Shown: positions 1 to 13,454, counted from the first letter of the stretch. The stretch: 64,000 nt of DNA from Octopus vulgaris (GCA_951406725.2 OX597815.1:146072001-146136000); one strand, 5' to 3'. A program made the numbers and translations. Notes: a model not told the origin generated them from the sequence alone.

Positions 1-829
1 CTTGCCCTAGGTTCTGCGCAGTAGGGTTTAAACTGAAGCCACGTGGTTCCAAAAAGAACTTCTTAATCGCTCAGGCTATATACGCTCACAGATGCACGCA
101 GACACACACATGTATCTATATGCGTGTATGTATAGTTATAATTCATTGCCTTATTACATTCTGCCAACGTGAACGCAAGAAAATAAAGCATGTGCGTTAT
201 AACATGTCATTTATCCTACTCCTAAAAGCGTGAGGTCTTCATACTTTGACAAGAGAAAAACTCAAAAGAACAGCGATGAATAAAAATCAAGAATGGAGAT
301 AAGATTTAACGCTCATTCAATAAATTGTGACACATGTTTCAGTTATGAAATATTTTCTATGCAAATAAGTACCTCACAATCTGATTGCATTGTATTATCA
401 TCAGAGATTGAATAACAAGACAAAAAGAAAAACAAAAAAGAAAACGGAAAGTATATAAAATATATCAAACAAAGGAGATAAATATAGTATATATTAAATA
501 TTATTCCATATCCCGATAAGAAATGTTAATTTGTAAGTTGACGGTTGTTATTTTGTTCGGTCGTAGCTGAGGCGATTCAAACTTGATAATTATACATTCA
601 GGCTTCTATTATCTTAATAAGCGTTTGTTGATGGTAGTGAATAATTTCAAGAAGATTCGTTGGTATTTTTAGCTGGTTGAGCGAATTCTTCGAATCCACA
701 AAGCATCGTGTAATGTTTTTATTGTAACGGACATAGAATGATATTCTATAGTTTCTCTCACCTCCTTTAAACACTTTCCCCCAGAAAGTAATTTGGTCTT
801 GATTCGTATATACGCAATAGCACCACAAA

Positions 830-1015
830 GGCGGCAAGCTGGCAGAAACGTTAGCATGCCGGGCTGTCTTTAGGTTATGAGTTCAAATTCCGCCGAGGCT
901 GACTTTACCTTTCATCCTTTCGGCGTCAATAAATTAAGTACCAGTTGCGTACTAGGGTCGATCTAATCGACTGGGCCCCTCCCACAAAATTTCGGGCCTT
1001 GTGTCTTGAGTAGAA
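830..1015 (+). mobile_element. tRNA-derived SINE, family A
   Basis: Head GGCGGCAAGCTGGCAGAAACGTTAGC, B-box-like GAGTTCAAATTCC, and the body (CTTTCATCCTTTCGG..AATTAAGTACCAG) shared by many copies in the window. Confidence 0.85.
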
Positions 1016-3474
1016 ACGAATAATACTAGAAACGAATAATGTTGATAGTGTTGCTGCTGCTGCTGGTCAATTTGTGGTATGAGTGTTCTTGTTGCAACAC
1101 TCTCACATACTTGATCACTATTCTATAGGATTATTGTGTTATAGCTTCAGTTTTTAGGAAGTTAAGATAATTCAATTACCTGTAATATATATTGCAGAAT
1201 CTACTCATAACATGGATGGTTATAGACATAAGTAATATACCTGTAATACAGAGAACAATTTGTCGTTGTCCCAAATGAACATAAAATAAGTAGTAGTGAT
1301 TTAAAGGTTTAAGATCAATGTTGATTATTATTATTATTTGTGCGAGAATCTCTGACAGAGGTGACATGTTTATTCACTTCAAGACATTTGCTAGAATATG
1401 GAGTTCGTTAAAAATCGAAGACAACTTGGTACTAAGTTACTGAGAAAATTGTTTTCTCACAGTGTAAAATAAAGGACAATGTTTTCGGCATTTCGTTAAT
1501 GAAACACTTATATATGTTACTGCTATGCTGAGCGCTGAGATATTCATCCTTATAGTATTTAGCTATATTTTATTGGAGAAAGTCAACAACTTATTAAGTT
1601 ACACTAGTCTATGCTGCGATGATAGTTTGTCGAAAATATCAAGTTGTTGTACAAAATAAAACAAGCTGTGTGTATAGGTTTTGGTCTAATGCTTTCTCTG
1701 TTCAAATACTGCCAACACTAACTTTGTTTTTTCTTTTCCTAAGAACGTTAAAATAAAGTACCAGTCATATATTTTGGTTGGTAATTGCGCTCTTTCTGAC
1801 TTCATGAAGCAAATGGGACTGCAGATAACCTTGAACGGACCTTATTTGTGTTGCATTCACTTTAAGGGAGAAGGTATGTTGAAACCCTAATGGCCACAAT
1901 ATCCCTGTAAGGAGTAACAGCTCCAATTATTATTTGATTTGAAAGATATTACGTCCTCCGTAAGCTGACAGATGAAGAAATAATAAGTCATGGAACACCC
2001 AATGGTTTATCCGTTTGCGTGTGGTAGTGTGTCTTTCAATTTATGTTCTCTTAATTATATTTTTTTCGTCTGAAATATATAATCTTTTCTCGATACACAA
2101 CGATCCATGGAATTGATATTCTGATTTTTTTTTTTTTTTGGTAGTACTAATCAAAAGAAAATTATTTATGATCTATTGTGCTGTGTATGTGCATCTGGAG
2201 TATTTCCTATTAACTTACTCGTTAAATTATACTTACAGTAGTAATCTATTCCACACTGAATTACATTTGGTATGTATACTCAAGGGTAATGAGTTGATAT
2301 GGTTTAAGTGTTATGGATATGTAAACGCTTGAGTATTAGCTTCGGGATATTTATCACTACTAAGAAGTAAATTATAGCTGTGTAGCTAAGAAGCTCGCAA
2401 TGAATCAGTGGAAACGGTAGCATATATTTATGACTGCTAAAGACTCGGTAACTGTAGTCTATATTTATATTAATATAAATGCGTATACATTATATCAAGT
2501 TACATTGGCGAACGGTCGGATTCTCGGCGAGAAGGGAAAAAGACCGAAGTTCTCCGAACGAATTTCTTCATGCTTTTTATTCCACACCAAATTATAAACA
2601 TTTTATTGTCATCTACAACATTAGAAACTTCGAGTACCAGTAATTTATTCTATTGACTGTAACCTGTGACACTATTTTCTCAAAATTTGGAATATAAAAT
2701 AAATACATTTTCACATATCAGACATTCTACCAAAATTTCCAACAGGTGGGGAAGTGGAAGCTTTATCAGGGGTACGTTTAGATTGCTTTGCCTAACTTGA
2801 GATTGGCGAGCAGTATTTCTCTGCGTTCTGAGTTCGAATCATGCCATAGCTTATATGGGTGGTACATTTGACCAGCTTACCGGTTTAAGAACCTGGATGC
2901 CTTTAGCTAAGTCCACTTTATTGCAAGCATTCGAGCAAGATATCCAGTTTGAGGACATTTGTCTCCCCTTTTTACCCAGCAACTCCAGAAGCCCTGAGAT
3001 AGCGCTAGAACACTAGCTTATGCTCTGACTAAGGATGAGCAGAAACTATTTTCAGACACCATGTAGCTACATATTTTTATTACAAACAAAACCTCAAATA
3101 ACATTATAATAAAACTAATACACCTGATTTCAATAGCAGTATGCCCGGTTTGGGGTATGTACATAGTTTCTCAATACTCTAAATACGCACTCTTCTCACA
3201 TGACACAATTCATCCTCTCTTTAGCATTTAAACATAACAAAATCATAGCTTAATACTTTTCCTCCGGAAATACTATCCTTTGCTGTCTCTTATATCTTCC
3301 TCTCAATTTACTTTTTTCAAAACATTGCACGCCTTAAGCCCGAGAAAAATATTTTTGTTATCAGTTATGGATCACGTGGAAACGGTTAAACATCTTGTTC
3401 ATAAATATACTTTTTAGTATATTTGTAAGTGGTTATATAATAATTTTTCGAGGAAAATAAAAATGACATAAACT

Positions 3475-3655
3475 TTTGGCACAAGGCCAGCAAATTTGGG
3501 GAAAGGAAGGTGTCTATCATATCATCAGTCCCAGTACTCAACCGGAATTTATTTTATCGATCCCGAAAAGATGAAAAGCAAAGTGAAACACGGTGAAATT
3601 TGAATTCAGAACGTAAAGACGGACGAAATTCCGTAAACGATTCTGTCACCTCACA
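3475..3655 (-). mobile_element. SINE family A, diverged copy
   Basis: Reverse complement of the family A body (TTTTATCGATCCCGAAAAGATGAAAAGCAAAG..TTTGAATTCAGAAC). Confidence 0.7.
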
Positions 3656-3766
3656 GGTTTGGAAACAATAATAATAATGCCAATTATAATCATAATGATT
3701 TCAAATTTTTTGCAGCAAGGGAAGCTTGGGGCGGGGGATTAAGTCGATTATTGTTTAATCTTCATG

Positions 3767-4143
3767 GCACTCCGTCGGTTACAACTACGAGGGTTCCATT
3801 TTGAACCGATCAACAGAACAGCCTGCTGGTGAAATTAACGTGCAAGTGGCTGAGCACTCAACAGACATGTGTACCCTTAATGTAGTTCTCAGGGAGTTTC
3901 AGCGTGACACAGTGTGACAAGGCTGGTCCTTTGAATTACGAGTACAATAGAATCACGAAGAAAGAGTGATAGAAAGTTGTGGTGAAAGAGTACAGCAGGG
4001 TTCGCCATCAACTCCTGCCGGAGCTTCGTGGAGCTTTAGGTGTTTTCGCTCAATAAACACTCACAACACCCGGTCTGTGAATCGAACTCACGAGCCTACG
4101 ACCGCAAGTTCGCTACCCTAACCACTGGGCCAATACGCCTCCA
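3767..4143 (-). mobile_element. tRNA-derived SINE, family B, near full length
   Basis: Minus strand starts TGGAGGCGTATTGGCCCAGTGGTTAGGG..GAGTTCGATTC (A/B boxes); body matches 61575-61920, 46570-46862 and 21725-21835. Confidence 0.85.
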
Positions 4144-4264
4144 CATTATTTAATACTTATTTAATCAACCACGAAAGTTAATTATAATAATGGTAGTAAT
4201 AATGATAGCGTTAACAATAACAATAATATTAATATCAATAGATGATTTGATAATGATAATAGTA

Positions 4265-5160
4265 ATCCTTTCTATTACAGGCTCAAGGCCTGACATTTTG
4301 TGGAGGAGATGAGTTGGGTACATCGACCCCAGTACTCAACTGGTACTTATTTTAACAACTCCGAAAGGATGAACGGCAGGGACCCTAGCGGAATTTGAAC
4401 TTAGAGCAAAAAGACAGACGAACTGTCTCATTTTGTCATTTTGTCCGGTGAGGTAACTTTTCTGCCAGAACATCGCATTAATAAAAACAATAATAATACG
4501 AAAATATGAGTAGCAACACATCAAAAGCTAAGTATTTCGCCCGGTGTGCTAACGTTTCTTATTTCTTTATGCCAACAAAGGGCTAACGATAGAGGAGATA
4601 AACAAGGATAGACAAAGGGATTAAGTCGATTACATCGACCCCACTGTGTAAATGGTACTTAATTTATCCACCCCGAAAGGATGAAAGGCAAAGTCGACAT
4701 CGGCGGAATTTGAACTCAGGACGTAACGGCAGACGAGATACCTATTTCTTTACCACCCACAAAGGGCTAAACACAGAGAGGACAAACAAAGACAGAAAAC
4801 AGATTAAGTCGATTACATCGACCCCCAGTGCGTAACTGGTACTTATTTAATCGACCCCGAAAGGATGAAAGGCAAAGTCGATCTCGGCGGAAATTGAACT
4901 CAGAACGTAGCGGCAGACGAAATACCGCTAAGTATTTCGCCCGGCGTGCTAACGTTTCTTCCAGCTCACCGTATTACGCTACCTGAATAGTCTTTTCTAC
5001 TCTAGGCACAAGGTCCGAAAGTTTTGTGGAGAGGGCTAGTCGATTAGATCGACACCAGTACGCAACTGGCGCTTAATTTATCAACCCCGAAAGGATGAAA
5101 AGCAAAGTCGACCTCCGCAGAATTTGAACTCCAATATAGAGGCAGACGAAATCTACCTGA
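4265..5160 (-). mobile_element. Cluster of about 4-5 co-oriented SINE family A copies, including a tandem dimer
   Basis: Repeated CGACCCCAGT..CTGGTACTT..CCCCGAAAGGATGAAAGGCAAAGTCGA..GGAATTTGAACTC units at ~4320, 4635, 4818, 5050. Confidence 0.85.
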
Positions 5161-5284
5161 ATAATACAACACAAATGACATCAACAACGACGCCATTTCG
5201 TTTTTCATCAAACGCACTAATAATAATGCTCTGTACAACAGAAACAGCAGCAACAACAACAGCAGGTACACAATATAAAGAAAA

Positions 5285-5286
5285 CA

Positions 5287-5317
<31 letters not shown>

Positions 5318-5358
5318 TAATAGTAGTAGTAGTAGCAGTAATAATAATAATAATAATC

Positions 5359-5390
<32 letters not shown>
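5285..5390. repeat. Compound trinucleotide microsatellite (ACC/AAC/AGT/AAT)n
   Basis: Directly visible. Confidence 0.95.
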
Positions 5391-5391
<1 letters not shown>

Positions 5392-5940
5392 GACTTACAA
5401 AACGAATTCATGATGCTTTAAGAGAGCTGTCCAAATTTTAATGGTACTTACCTACAAAAAAACAAGTGAAAAGAAAAAAATCAAAATTAGACATTTTGTG
5501 AAAGTTTGACAAAATAATTACTTTAGCTGGTTACAACAGAAAATACATTGTACAATAGACTTCAACTGATAGAGTTTGTGAGGGAAAAGGGCAAAATCCC
5601 GAATCTGACATGGAAACCTTTTGCCAAATTCTGTTATTCCTTCTCCATTTTCTTTGACATTCTATGAGTGTTTACATACAAACGTACACACACACACATA
5701 CACACATTAATTCATATATGTATGTATGTACATATATACACAAACATACATATTAGTATTACATGGATATATGTATGTATATATATATATATGTATACAT
5801 TTATGCATTTATATATATATATATATATATGTATAAATATATGTATGTATACATATTATATACATATCTATATGTATATATATACCCAAGTGTGTGTTCG
5901 TATGTACATATACATATAAATAAATTTATGTGTATATATT

Positions 5941-5995
<55 letters not shown>

Positions 5996-6711
5996 GAGAG
6001 AGAGAGAGAGTAAAAGACGGAGAGAGGGGGAGAGAGGGTGGGGGACGTAGATAGATTGATATATGTATGGATGAATGGATGGATGTTTTTATAAGATGTC
6101 AGTCCAAGTGTTTGTATACATATACTTCAGTTCAAAGTTTTGAAATATAGCGGTAAAAATTTGGCTGGTTGCCAAAATACGCCGTATAATTCTGTACAAG
6201 TTTGCGAAGCTTTTCCGAAATTTAACGATTACATAGTTTGCGTTGACGTATCAAAATATTCTAAATAAGAATATAAAGACAAATAATTATTGTTTTAGAA
6301 AATCACAAAAAAGCAAGTTTAAAAAAAATAGTAAGAAATGTACTCGCGAGAGGTTCCTAACTCTTTGTGAATTATTCTGAACTTGGATTGGAAACCGAAT
6401 CGCCTACATGGCTATCTGACGTCTTATCTCATGGACTACCTTGTTTTTCATTCCCAGCCTGAAGTTATGTATTCCCTATAGCGGTATAAGGAACAAGGCA
6501 TATTTTATAATTCTCGACCTCGTTACTTTGGCGTTACTTTATTTTATCGACCCGAATAAGTGAAAGTAGGGTTGATCTTGACGAAATGTGAGTGCAGGAT
6601 GTTTTGCTTAGGCGCAGAATTTTTTGTTTAGGGAGGCTGGTTTGTCGAAAATAATGACCACAAAGATTCACTAGTACTTTTATTTTGGAAGGGGAAGTAG
6701 AATCCGGAGTG

Positions 6712-6874
6712 AACATTATTTACGCTTGACGGATACTTGTCCTCATCTTGTTTGTTAACACAAGCTTTCGGCTGACATAACCTCCAGCCTTCATGAGGTG
6801 TCTTGTGGAAATTTCGAACCTGGGTTCTCATTCCTAAGGTATTTTTCGATGTTGTTGTTATCATTATTATTATT

Positions 6875-6875
<1 letters not shown>
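6712..6875 (-). mobile_element. Tail of the tRNA-headed HHR-like element, inverted relative to 7390-7565
   Basis: Reverse complement of 7390-7525; contains gacac-CTCATGA-aggctg..cagcc-GAAA-gc-TT-gtgtt. Confidence 0.75.

Positions 6876-6879
<4 letters not shown>

Positions 6880-6965
<86 letters not shown>
6880..6965. repeat. (AAT)n(ATT)n inverted trinucleotide microsatellite
   Basis: Directly visible; same arrangement at 9161-9300. Confidence 0.95.
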
Positions 6966-7260
6966 GAGTGATAGAGCAGTGCATGCCATTAAAGTGACAC
7001 TGGGGTGAAATATACGAAGCCCAGTATACCCATCATGACTGCCCGTCTGATAAGGGTACACTCGGCACATGCGTCACAACCATATGTGTGCAACATGGTG
7101 GTATCATATCCAGATAAACAGCACATGACCTTGCAGATGGGGCTCAGTTAGAATTTTCTTCTAGTCGAGTAACCCATCCCACTCAAAAGGTTCCTGAATA
7201 AGGGTTGTTTACGGATGTTGAACGAAATCTCTGTTGTTTCCAGAGGTGAATCATTCAAAC
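6965..7260. repeat. Interspersed repeat family D, copy 1
   Basis: Aligns by eye with 8653-8930 (CATGCYATYAAAGTGAC.., CAAGATAAACARCACATRACCTTGCAG, GGTGARTYATTCAAAC); abuts a (TTA)n tract. Confidence 0.75.
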
Positions 7261-7263
7261 TAC

Positions 7264-7348
7264 GCCATATGCCCGTAGTGGTGAAGAGCGCAGGCTACTA
7301 ATCCCAAGATTCTGAGTTCGATTCCAGGCAGTGTCCTGAATAGTAATG

Positions 7349-7397
<49 letters not shown>

Positions 7398-7565
7398 TAA
7401 CAACATCAAAAAATACCTTAGGAATGAGAACCCAGGTTCGAAATTTCCACAAGATACCTAATGAAGGCTGGAGGGTATATCATCCGAAACAAGATGAGGA
7501 CAAATATCCGTCAACTGTAAATAATGTAAATAATGTACATAATTCTTCATCTCTTAAATATAGAA
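7264..7565 (+). mobile_element. tRNA-headed element with internal (AAT)n and HHR-like tail
   Basis: A-box-like TGCCCGTAGTGG, B-box GAGTTCGATTCC, (AAT)n spacer, then gatac-CTAATGA-aggctg..catcc-GAAAC. Confidence 0.7.
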
Positions 7566-7567
7566 CT

Positions 7568-8085
7568 GAAGTCGGAGTGTTTTAAACGCATAGTTTCTGA
7601 TTTAAGACCAGCTATTTTGAGATGTTAAGATGCACTTTATTTTATAAACCCCCAAACGATAAAAGACACAGTTGGCCCCACCGCCATTGGAAGTTATAGT
7701 TTCTTATTTAGGAACAAGACGCGAAAATGTAAGGTGAAGTAGAAGTCGGAATGATTTGAACGCATGGTTTCTGATTTAAGTATGAGACCAACTACTTCGA
7801 GAGGAGAGGTTGAGTGGCATTTTATTTATCAACCCCGAAAGGATAAAAAAAAAACCCAGTTGACCTCAGTTTGATTTGAACCTATAGTTTCTGATTTAGG
7901 CATAAGACTAGCAATTTTGAGGGTAAGTAGGGCTTTGTGGATACCACTGTTCCAGTACTGGTACTTATTTTTTATCGACGTCGAAAGGGCGAAAGACAAA
8001 GTTGACCTAACCTTGCCCGAGCTTGAACTTCGAATGTAAAGATTCTGAACAAATGGTGTAAAGCTTCTTGCGTTGCTCTAACAAC
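7568..8085 (-). repeat. Degenerate tandem array of SINE A-derived units
   Basis: GTTTCTGATTTA(A/G)G..GACYARC recurs at ~7593, 7767, 7887, followed by CGAAAGGATAAA-like cores. Confidence 0.6.
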
Positions 8086-8652
8086 TCTTCTATTCCCACC
8101 CCCAACGGGCATGAAATTATTGGTTTGTATATTGCATAAGAATAAATATTCACAAGTGACGTAAATTTGCGATGTCAGTTTCGGCTATAAGATACGATAG
8201 AGATTTTCTGTTTTTCTATAATTGCTATCGTGATTCAACATAAATTATAGATATATAATATTGCATTAATTCATCTTTTAAGCCACATATGTTCTGGCTT
8301 AGCACTGTCCATGCTAACATGGGACAATTACTTCCATTGATCCGCTTGTTTGATCAATCTAATATGTCATATCTCATATTTATCAAAACAATTAGTGCCT
8401 TTTGCGCCATCGTTCTTCATGCACGTCTTATATTGATCCGATTTTCTTCTCAGAATTCCTTTTATAAATTCTTACATTAAATTTGTGGTTTCGGGTCTTC
8501 GTCTGTCCAATTATGAAGTATATACTATTTCGAATCTTCAGTCTCATAGTTTCAAACAATACAAAGTTGGATGTTGTTAATGCTGCTGCTGCTTTTGTTG
8601 ATCTTGTTGTTGTTGCTGTTCTTCTTCTTCTTCTTTTTACTTTTATATTGTT

Positions 8653-9160
8653 CGGTGAGAAAGCAACACATGCTATCAAAGTGACTCTGAGGGACAAATA
8701 TACGATTCAATCCCAATGTGCCCATCGTGTCGACTCGTCTGCTTAGGATTCACCAGGCACATACATCACATGGTGACCTCGAATCAAGATAAACAACACA
8801 TAACCTTGCAGGTGGGGCCCAGTAAGAATTTTCTTCAGGTTGTGTTGCCAATTCAACTAAAGAAAAGCAGGCTAAGTATGATGAACGAAACACCCACATT
8901 TCCTGGGGTGAGTTATTCAAACCCCACCAAAATTCCTTTCAACGCATGAATGTGATGCTTCGCCACTACTCCTGCTCATGATCAGAGATGCACATATCAT
9001 CAGACACTAAAAAACATTCTAAGCTGGTTAAGGTCAAGCAACTGACAAGCAAAGCTGTGGTATTGAGAAGAATATTTGCTGTAGGCCATCGTTTACATGG
9101 TAACACTTCCAATCAGCTATGAGCAGAAGCCATGTGAGCAACTGCCAGATATTGCATCAA
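8653..9160. repeat. Interspersed repeat family D, copy 2 (longer)
   Basis: Similar to 6965-7260; flanked by TTG/TTC- and AAT-type tracts. Confidence 0.7.
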
Positions 9161-9232
9161 AATAATAATAATGATAATAATAATAATAATATTAATTATT
9201 ATTATTATTTATTATTATTATTATTATTATTA

Positions 9233-9287
<55 letters not shown>

Positions 9288-9410
9288 CATTATTATTTTT
9301 ATTAGCATCTTTTTTCAATTCTATTTCCATTTCTTGTCTTCCTGATAACTAGAGCATTGTTATTATTGTTGTTGTTCTTCTACTTCGTTGTTGTTGTTGT
9401 TGTTATTATT

Positions 9411-10793
9411 ATACACAACAGATTAGACTTGGAATACAAAAAAATCCTATAATCTGGCTGCAACAAGTAACCTTAGATGCCCAAAACCTTTTTAAGTATC
9501 TTAGCTGTTTTCTGGAGCTGTACTAAACTGGGTTTTATGCTTATTTCCTGTATCCATCTGTTTAAATCTTTAGGGAGTATTCCTAAGGCACTTATAACTA
9601 CTGGGATACATTTTACCCGTACTTGTCATACTCTCTGTACTTCAATGGCTAGGTCCTCGTACTTTGCTATATTTTCTATACCGCTCATATAGATTTTTCA
9701 TCATCTTATATTTCTTACTTTCTAGTATTTTACTAGGTTTATGTTCATACCATTTATCAGTATGTTCAATTCTTAGCTTTCTACATAACTCTCAGTTGTC
9801 ATGGTTTTTCTTGTATTCTTTCTGTGCCCACACGCTAGATTCACTTACTATATGAGTAACACTTTCCTCTTTTGATTTGCATAACCTATATTGGGAATCT
9901 ACTTGGTTTTTGTCTTGGGTTTTATCCAATTATTCCATAATGCTTGATCCTGTGCTGCTGCTAACTGACTTTCTGTCTCCCTTTTCAGCCTTCCTTTCTG
10001 CAACCATAATCATGTCTCTCTAGTACTATTTGCTGCGACTATCTTTGGGAATCTACCATGCAAAGCCTTCTTCTGCCAGTCAGATAGCTTCTGTTCTTTT
10101 TTCTGGTTTTTAGCTTCGCTTAGAGTTTTGGTTGCCTATGTTTTACTTTGATTCTAATAGCTTTCAGTAAAATTTCTTCACTGTCACCTACATAGGAGTC
10201 TATATCTAGTCTAGCCAACTCCACGCTGACTTTTACTGATTACAAAAGCTGCTGAGTATCTAAGTAATGATACTGTCTAGGTACTTACATCCTTCACTAG
10301 ATTCGGACCATTTAGCTTGTACTTCATTAACTTCCTCACCATTCTGATGTACTCAATTTTCGTTTCCATTTCTAGATACTTTCAATACGCCTAGATACTT
10401 TCAACTCTCTCCTTATTTCAATGATTTTAATCTGGAAATCTGGTAATTGGATGCCTTCACTATTAACTACCTGTCCCCTTCTCATGACTAATGTTGCACT
10501 CTTATCTATGCCAAATTCTTGCCTATATTTTTGCTGAAGAGACTTACAGTCAGTATTGATGAATCTTTCTCTTTTTCATTCTTATTAAAAAGCTTCAGGG
10601 CACCCATGTAGAGCAAATGACTAATTTTCCCCTTACTATTTCTGAACTGATAACCTGCCTTTGCCTTCCTTAATATTAAAGTGAGGGGCATCAAACATAA
10701 GACAAATATTAAAAGAGATAACGAGTCTCCTTGGAAAATTCTTCTCTCCATATTAACTTCCCCTAAGTCTTTGTTACCTAAGTAGAGGTCTAC
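9411..10793 (-). mobile_element. Decayed R4/Dong-like non-LTR retrotransposon (RT, CCHC and RLE remnants), 5'-truncated
   Basis: Minus translation RIFQGDSLSLLIFVLCLMPL..KISHLLYM.ALKLF; AAQDQAL..RLCKSKEESVTHIVSE..AQKEYKKNHD; KYEDLAIEVQ..IPVVISALG..KTAKILKKVL; stops and frameshifts; flanked by (AAT/AAC)n. Confidence 0.85.
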
Positions 10794-10831
10794 TTATTGT
10801 TGTTATTATTACTATTGTTGTTGTTGTTGTT

Positions 10832-11020
10832 AGGGCGCAATATAAAACGCTTAGCAACATTTATCCTGGTTTTATGTTGAGTTCAAATGCCGCCGAGTTA
10901 GATTTTATTTTTTATCCTGTCAGGGTCGAGAAAATAATTACTAGTTGAGCACTGGGGTCTATTTAATCGACTACTTCTTTTCTTCAAAATTTCAGACCTT
11001 CTGCTCGTAGTAGAAAGGGA
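10832..11020 (+). mobile_element. SINE family A, diverged copy
   Basis: GAGTTCAAATGCCGCCGAG..TTTATCCTGTCAGGGTCGAG..GCACTGGGGTC. Confidence 0.7.
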
Positions 11021-12077
11021 TGTTATTATTATCATCACTATTTAGTTTAGGTCCGTTGTTATTGAAATCCAATATATCAAACGGAGACGAAACCATTAGA
11101 ATTTATTCACACGTAGTGACTGTATAAATATTTATTTATGCAAAAGACATTCAAATGTAACAAGTTTTACATCATATTGAATACGCTGTTCAGACTAACA
11201 TTTTACTATACATAACAAGGGAAATGTTTTCATTATGCGTGTGATATATCAAAAAGATACTTGACTTCGTTCAGCAGATAGCAATAAAACTTGAAACGAA
11301 CTACCATAAACTCGGGGTGTGCTATATCATTAAGTGGTAGAAAATATTCACGAATATAATAATAACAGTCACTCAAATTCTTTTAGGTAAACGATAATTG
11401 TACTCTCTTATTATTACCTAAATACCAAGAAATTCTACAATTTTAAGACATACATTTTATACAAAATGATAAAGGAAATGTTACTTTCCCTATGTATCTT
11501 GAAATATGCATATGTGTTTTGATGTTAATATCAGTGATAAGGAATGGAAATTGACGAAAAAACTGGAGAATTTCTTTAATTCAAATATTTCTTTACCTAG
11601 TGGCTGCAGCTACTACTTTCGTGAAGTCGTTGATCTCAGAAATCCTGTCGACTTTAAAATCAGTAACATAATCGAACTTTTCTGGCACACAATTTTTCTG
11701 GTAAACTATTCGACTCTAGGCAATCGCTTCCTTCATTTACCTTCGCCTGTCTTGCAACAACAGCATGTAAGGTGAGGGAATCCTTGCCATATCCCAGACA
11801 TTGTCAACACTAGCATGCTCTATATTTCCCCCGTCATACATAAATATCCTACTCCACAACGAAAACCAGCCATTCCCCCATTGGTGATGTGTCGGTGCAC
11901 TGTCGAGTGACAAAAGTGATGTTTTATAAGGGCCCTCACTGTCTTGGAAGGAGGAACAGTAAATTTTCATAATATGAATAAGGGCAGAACACAGACCCAA
12001 GAATATATAAACGTTCTCAATCCACGGCTTTAAGCGTATCAATGACAATACATTTGTTGATACTCTGTACATTTTTT

Positions 12078-12235
12078 TGGCTTTGTGGTTAAGGCGATCA
12101 CTTTGCAATCACTGGTTTCAGGTCCGGTGCAAATGCGCGGTACCTAGAGCAAGTATCTTCAGCTACAGAACTGAGCCGACCAATAGCATGTGAAGGATTT
12201 AGTTGACGAAAACTGTGTGCAAGTCCATAGTATAC
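12078..12235 (+). mobile_element. tRNA-derived SINE family C (CORE-like), diverged
   Basis: TGGCTTTGTGGTTAAG head, CCTAGAGCAAGTATCTTC core, GACGAAAACTG; followed by (TATG)n. Confidence 0.65.
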
Positions 12236-12362
12236 GTATGTATGTATGTATGTATGTATGTATGTATGTATGTATGTATGTATGTATGTATGTATGTATG
12301 TATGTATGTATATATGTATGTATGCATGCATATATGTATGTATGCATGTATATATGTATTTA

Positions 12363-12393
<31 letters not shown>

Positions 12394-12531
12394 GACGGAC
12401 GAAAGAAGGCCATGAATAACCCGTCGTTTTTCTTCCTGTCCCTCAAATTGTTGTTTTCCTGTCCGCCTTTGTGTTGTCTATCTGTCCGGTTGTTTTATTG
12501 TCCTCTATTGCGTATTTGTTCCATTTTTCTA

Positions 12532-12587
<56 letters not shown>

Positions 12588-12589
12588 GA

Positions 12590-13400
12590 AAATAGTAAAA
12601 AGTGAAAAAAAAACTACAGAAGGCTTGTTTTAAAAGGGTAAAAAATATATTTGAGTCATTATGTCAGAAGAATGTTATAAAATGTTTTCATACAGTGACA
12701 TAGTTTTTGAAGAAATTACCGGTTTCGTGTTAACTTTTCAAATTTCTCAAAACATCGTGTAATGTCTTCGTTATGAAGTGTAAAGAAGAGTTCTAGGTAA
12801 GGGTAGGTAATAAGTGATTTCTTCCGGTGTAAGGGAGATAATCACTTTATGTTTCTTGTCCCTTTTATTTAATGGGGTGAGTTTCTCTGTATAAGAATGT
12901 TAGAGTGGTTAAGTTTGGGCTTATATTTTTCAATAATGTTTCCTTTTTTAGTCTAATTTGTGTTGGTGTTCCAATAGCAGATTGATAAAATGGAAAGATG
13001 AAAAATTGTGGTAGTAGTTGCTTTGCGCATTTCTCAATATGCTCACTAAAGGGTATCATTCTGTATTCTGGGAATGCAATCTGTTGTCGATGCAGTGTGC
13101 CACAAGTAAAATTAGAATTGATCTGGGATTTTTGTCCCTCTTTGAAGAGGAATTCTGATCCTTCTAGAAGGTTTGGGCATGTTGCGCAGTTTGGTCTACC
13201 ACATTTTTTTTACTTTTGCATCCGTAATTTCAGAAAACAATTTTGCCTTTGTGAGAACCTTTTTAAGTAATTTAGGTTGTTAGTAGCTTTTAATGATTTT
13301 ATGTATGCTTAGAATTTCCTTTAATTTGGGGTCCTTATGAAGTATTGGTAAATTCTGGGTGATGATGAAAGCTTCTTTGCTTCTGGGGTTGTATGTGGAT
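12590..13400 (-). mobile_element. Penelope-like element fragment (Cys knuckle, GIY-YIG C-terminus, 3' region with degenerate HHR)
   Basis: Minus translation KKCGRPNCATCPNL..LHRQQIAFPEYRMIPFSEHIEKCAK..FFIFPFYQ..RLKKE; downstream gaaat-TTGAAAA-gt..ac-GAAA-ccgg-TA-atttc at 12712-12746. Confidence 0.8.
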
Positions 13401-13407
13401 ATGTAAT

Positions 13408-13454
13408 TAAAGCCTTGTGAGTGGATTTGGTAGATGGAAACTGAAAGAAGCCAG

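Noticed and set aside
4265-5160. CRISPR-like repeat-spacer array
   Set aside because: Units are 150-230-bp SINE copies in eukaryotic DNA; no cas genes
5124-5441. Thr/Asn/Ser-rich 105-aa ORF
   Set aside because: Starts inside a SINE and runs through trinucleotide repeats
7264-7335. Genuine tRNA gene
   Set aside because: Has A/B boxes but no convincing acceptor stem or Pol III terminator, and continues into a repeat body; treated as a SINE head
11737-12108. 123-aa minus-strand ORF
   Set aside because: Begins in a SINE head; the remainder may be a decayed LINE piece, but no motif was confidently recognised
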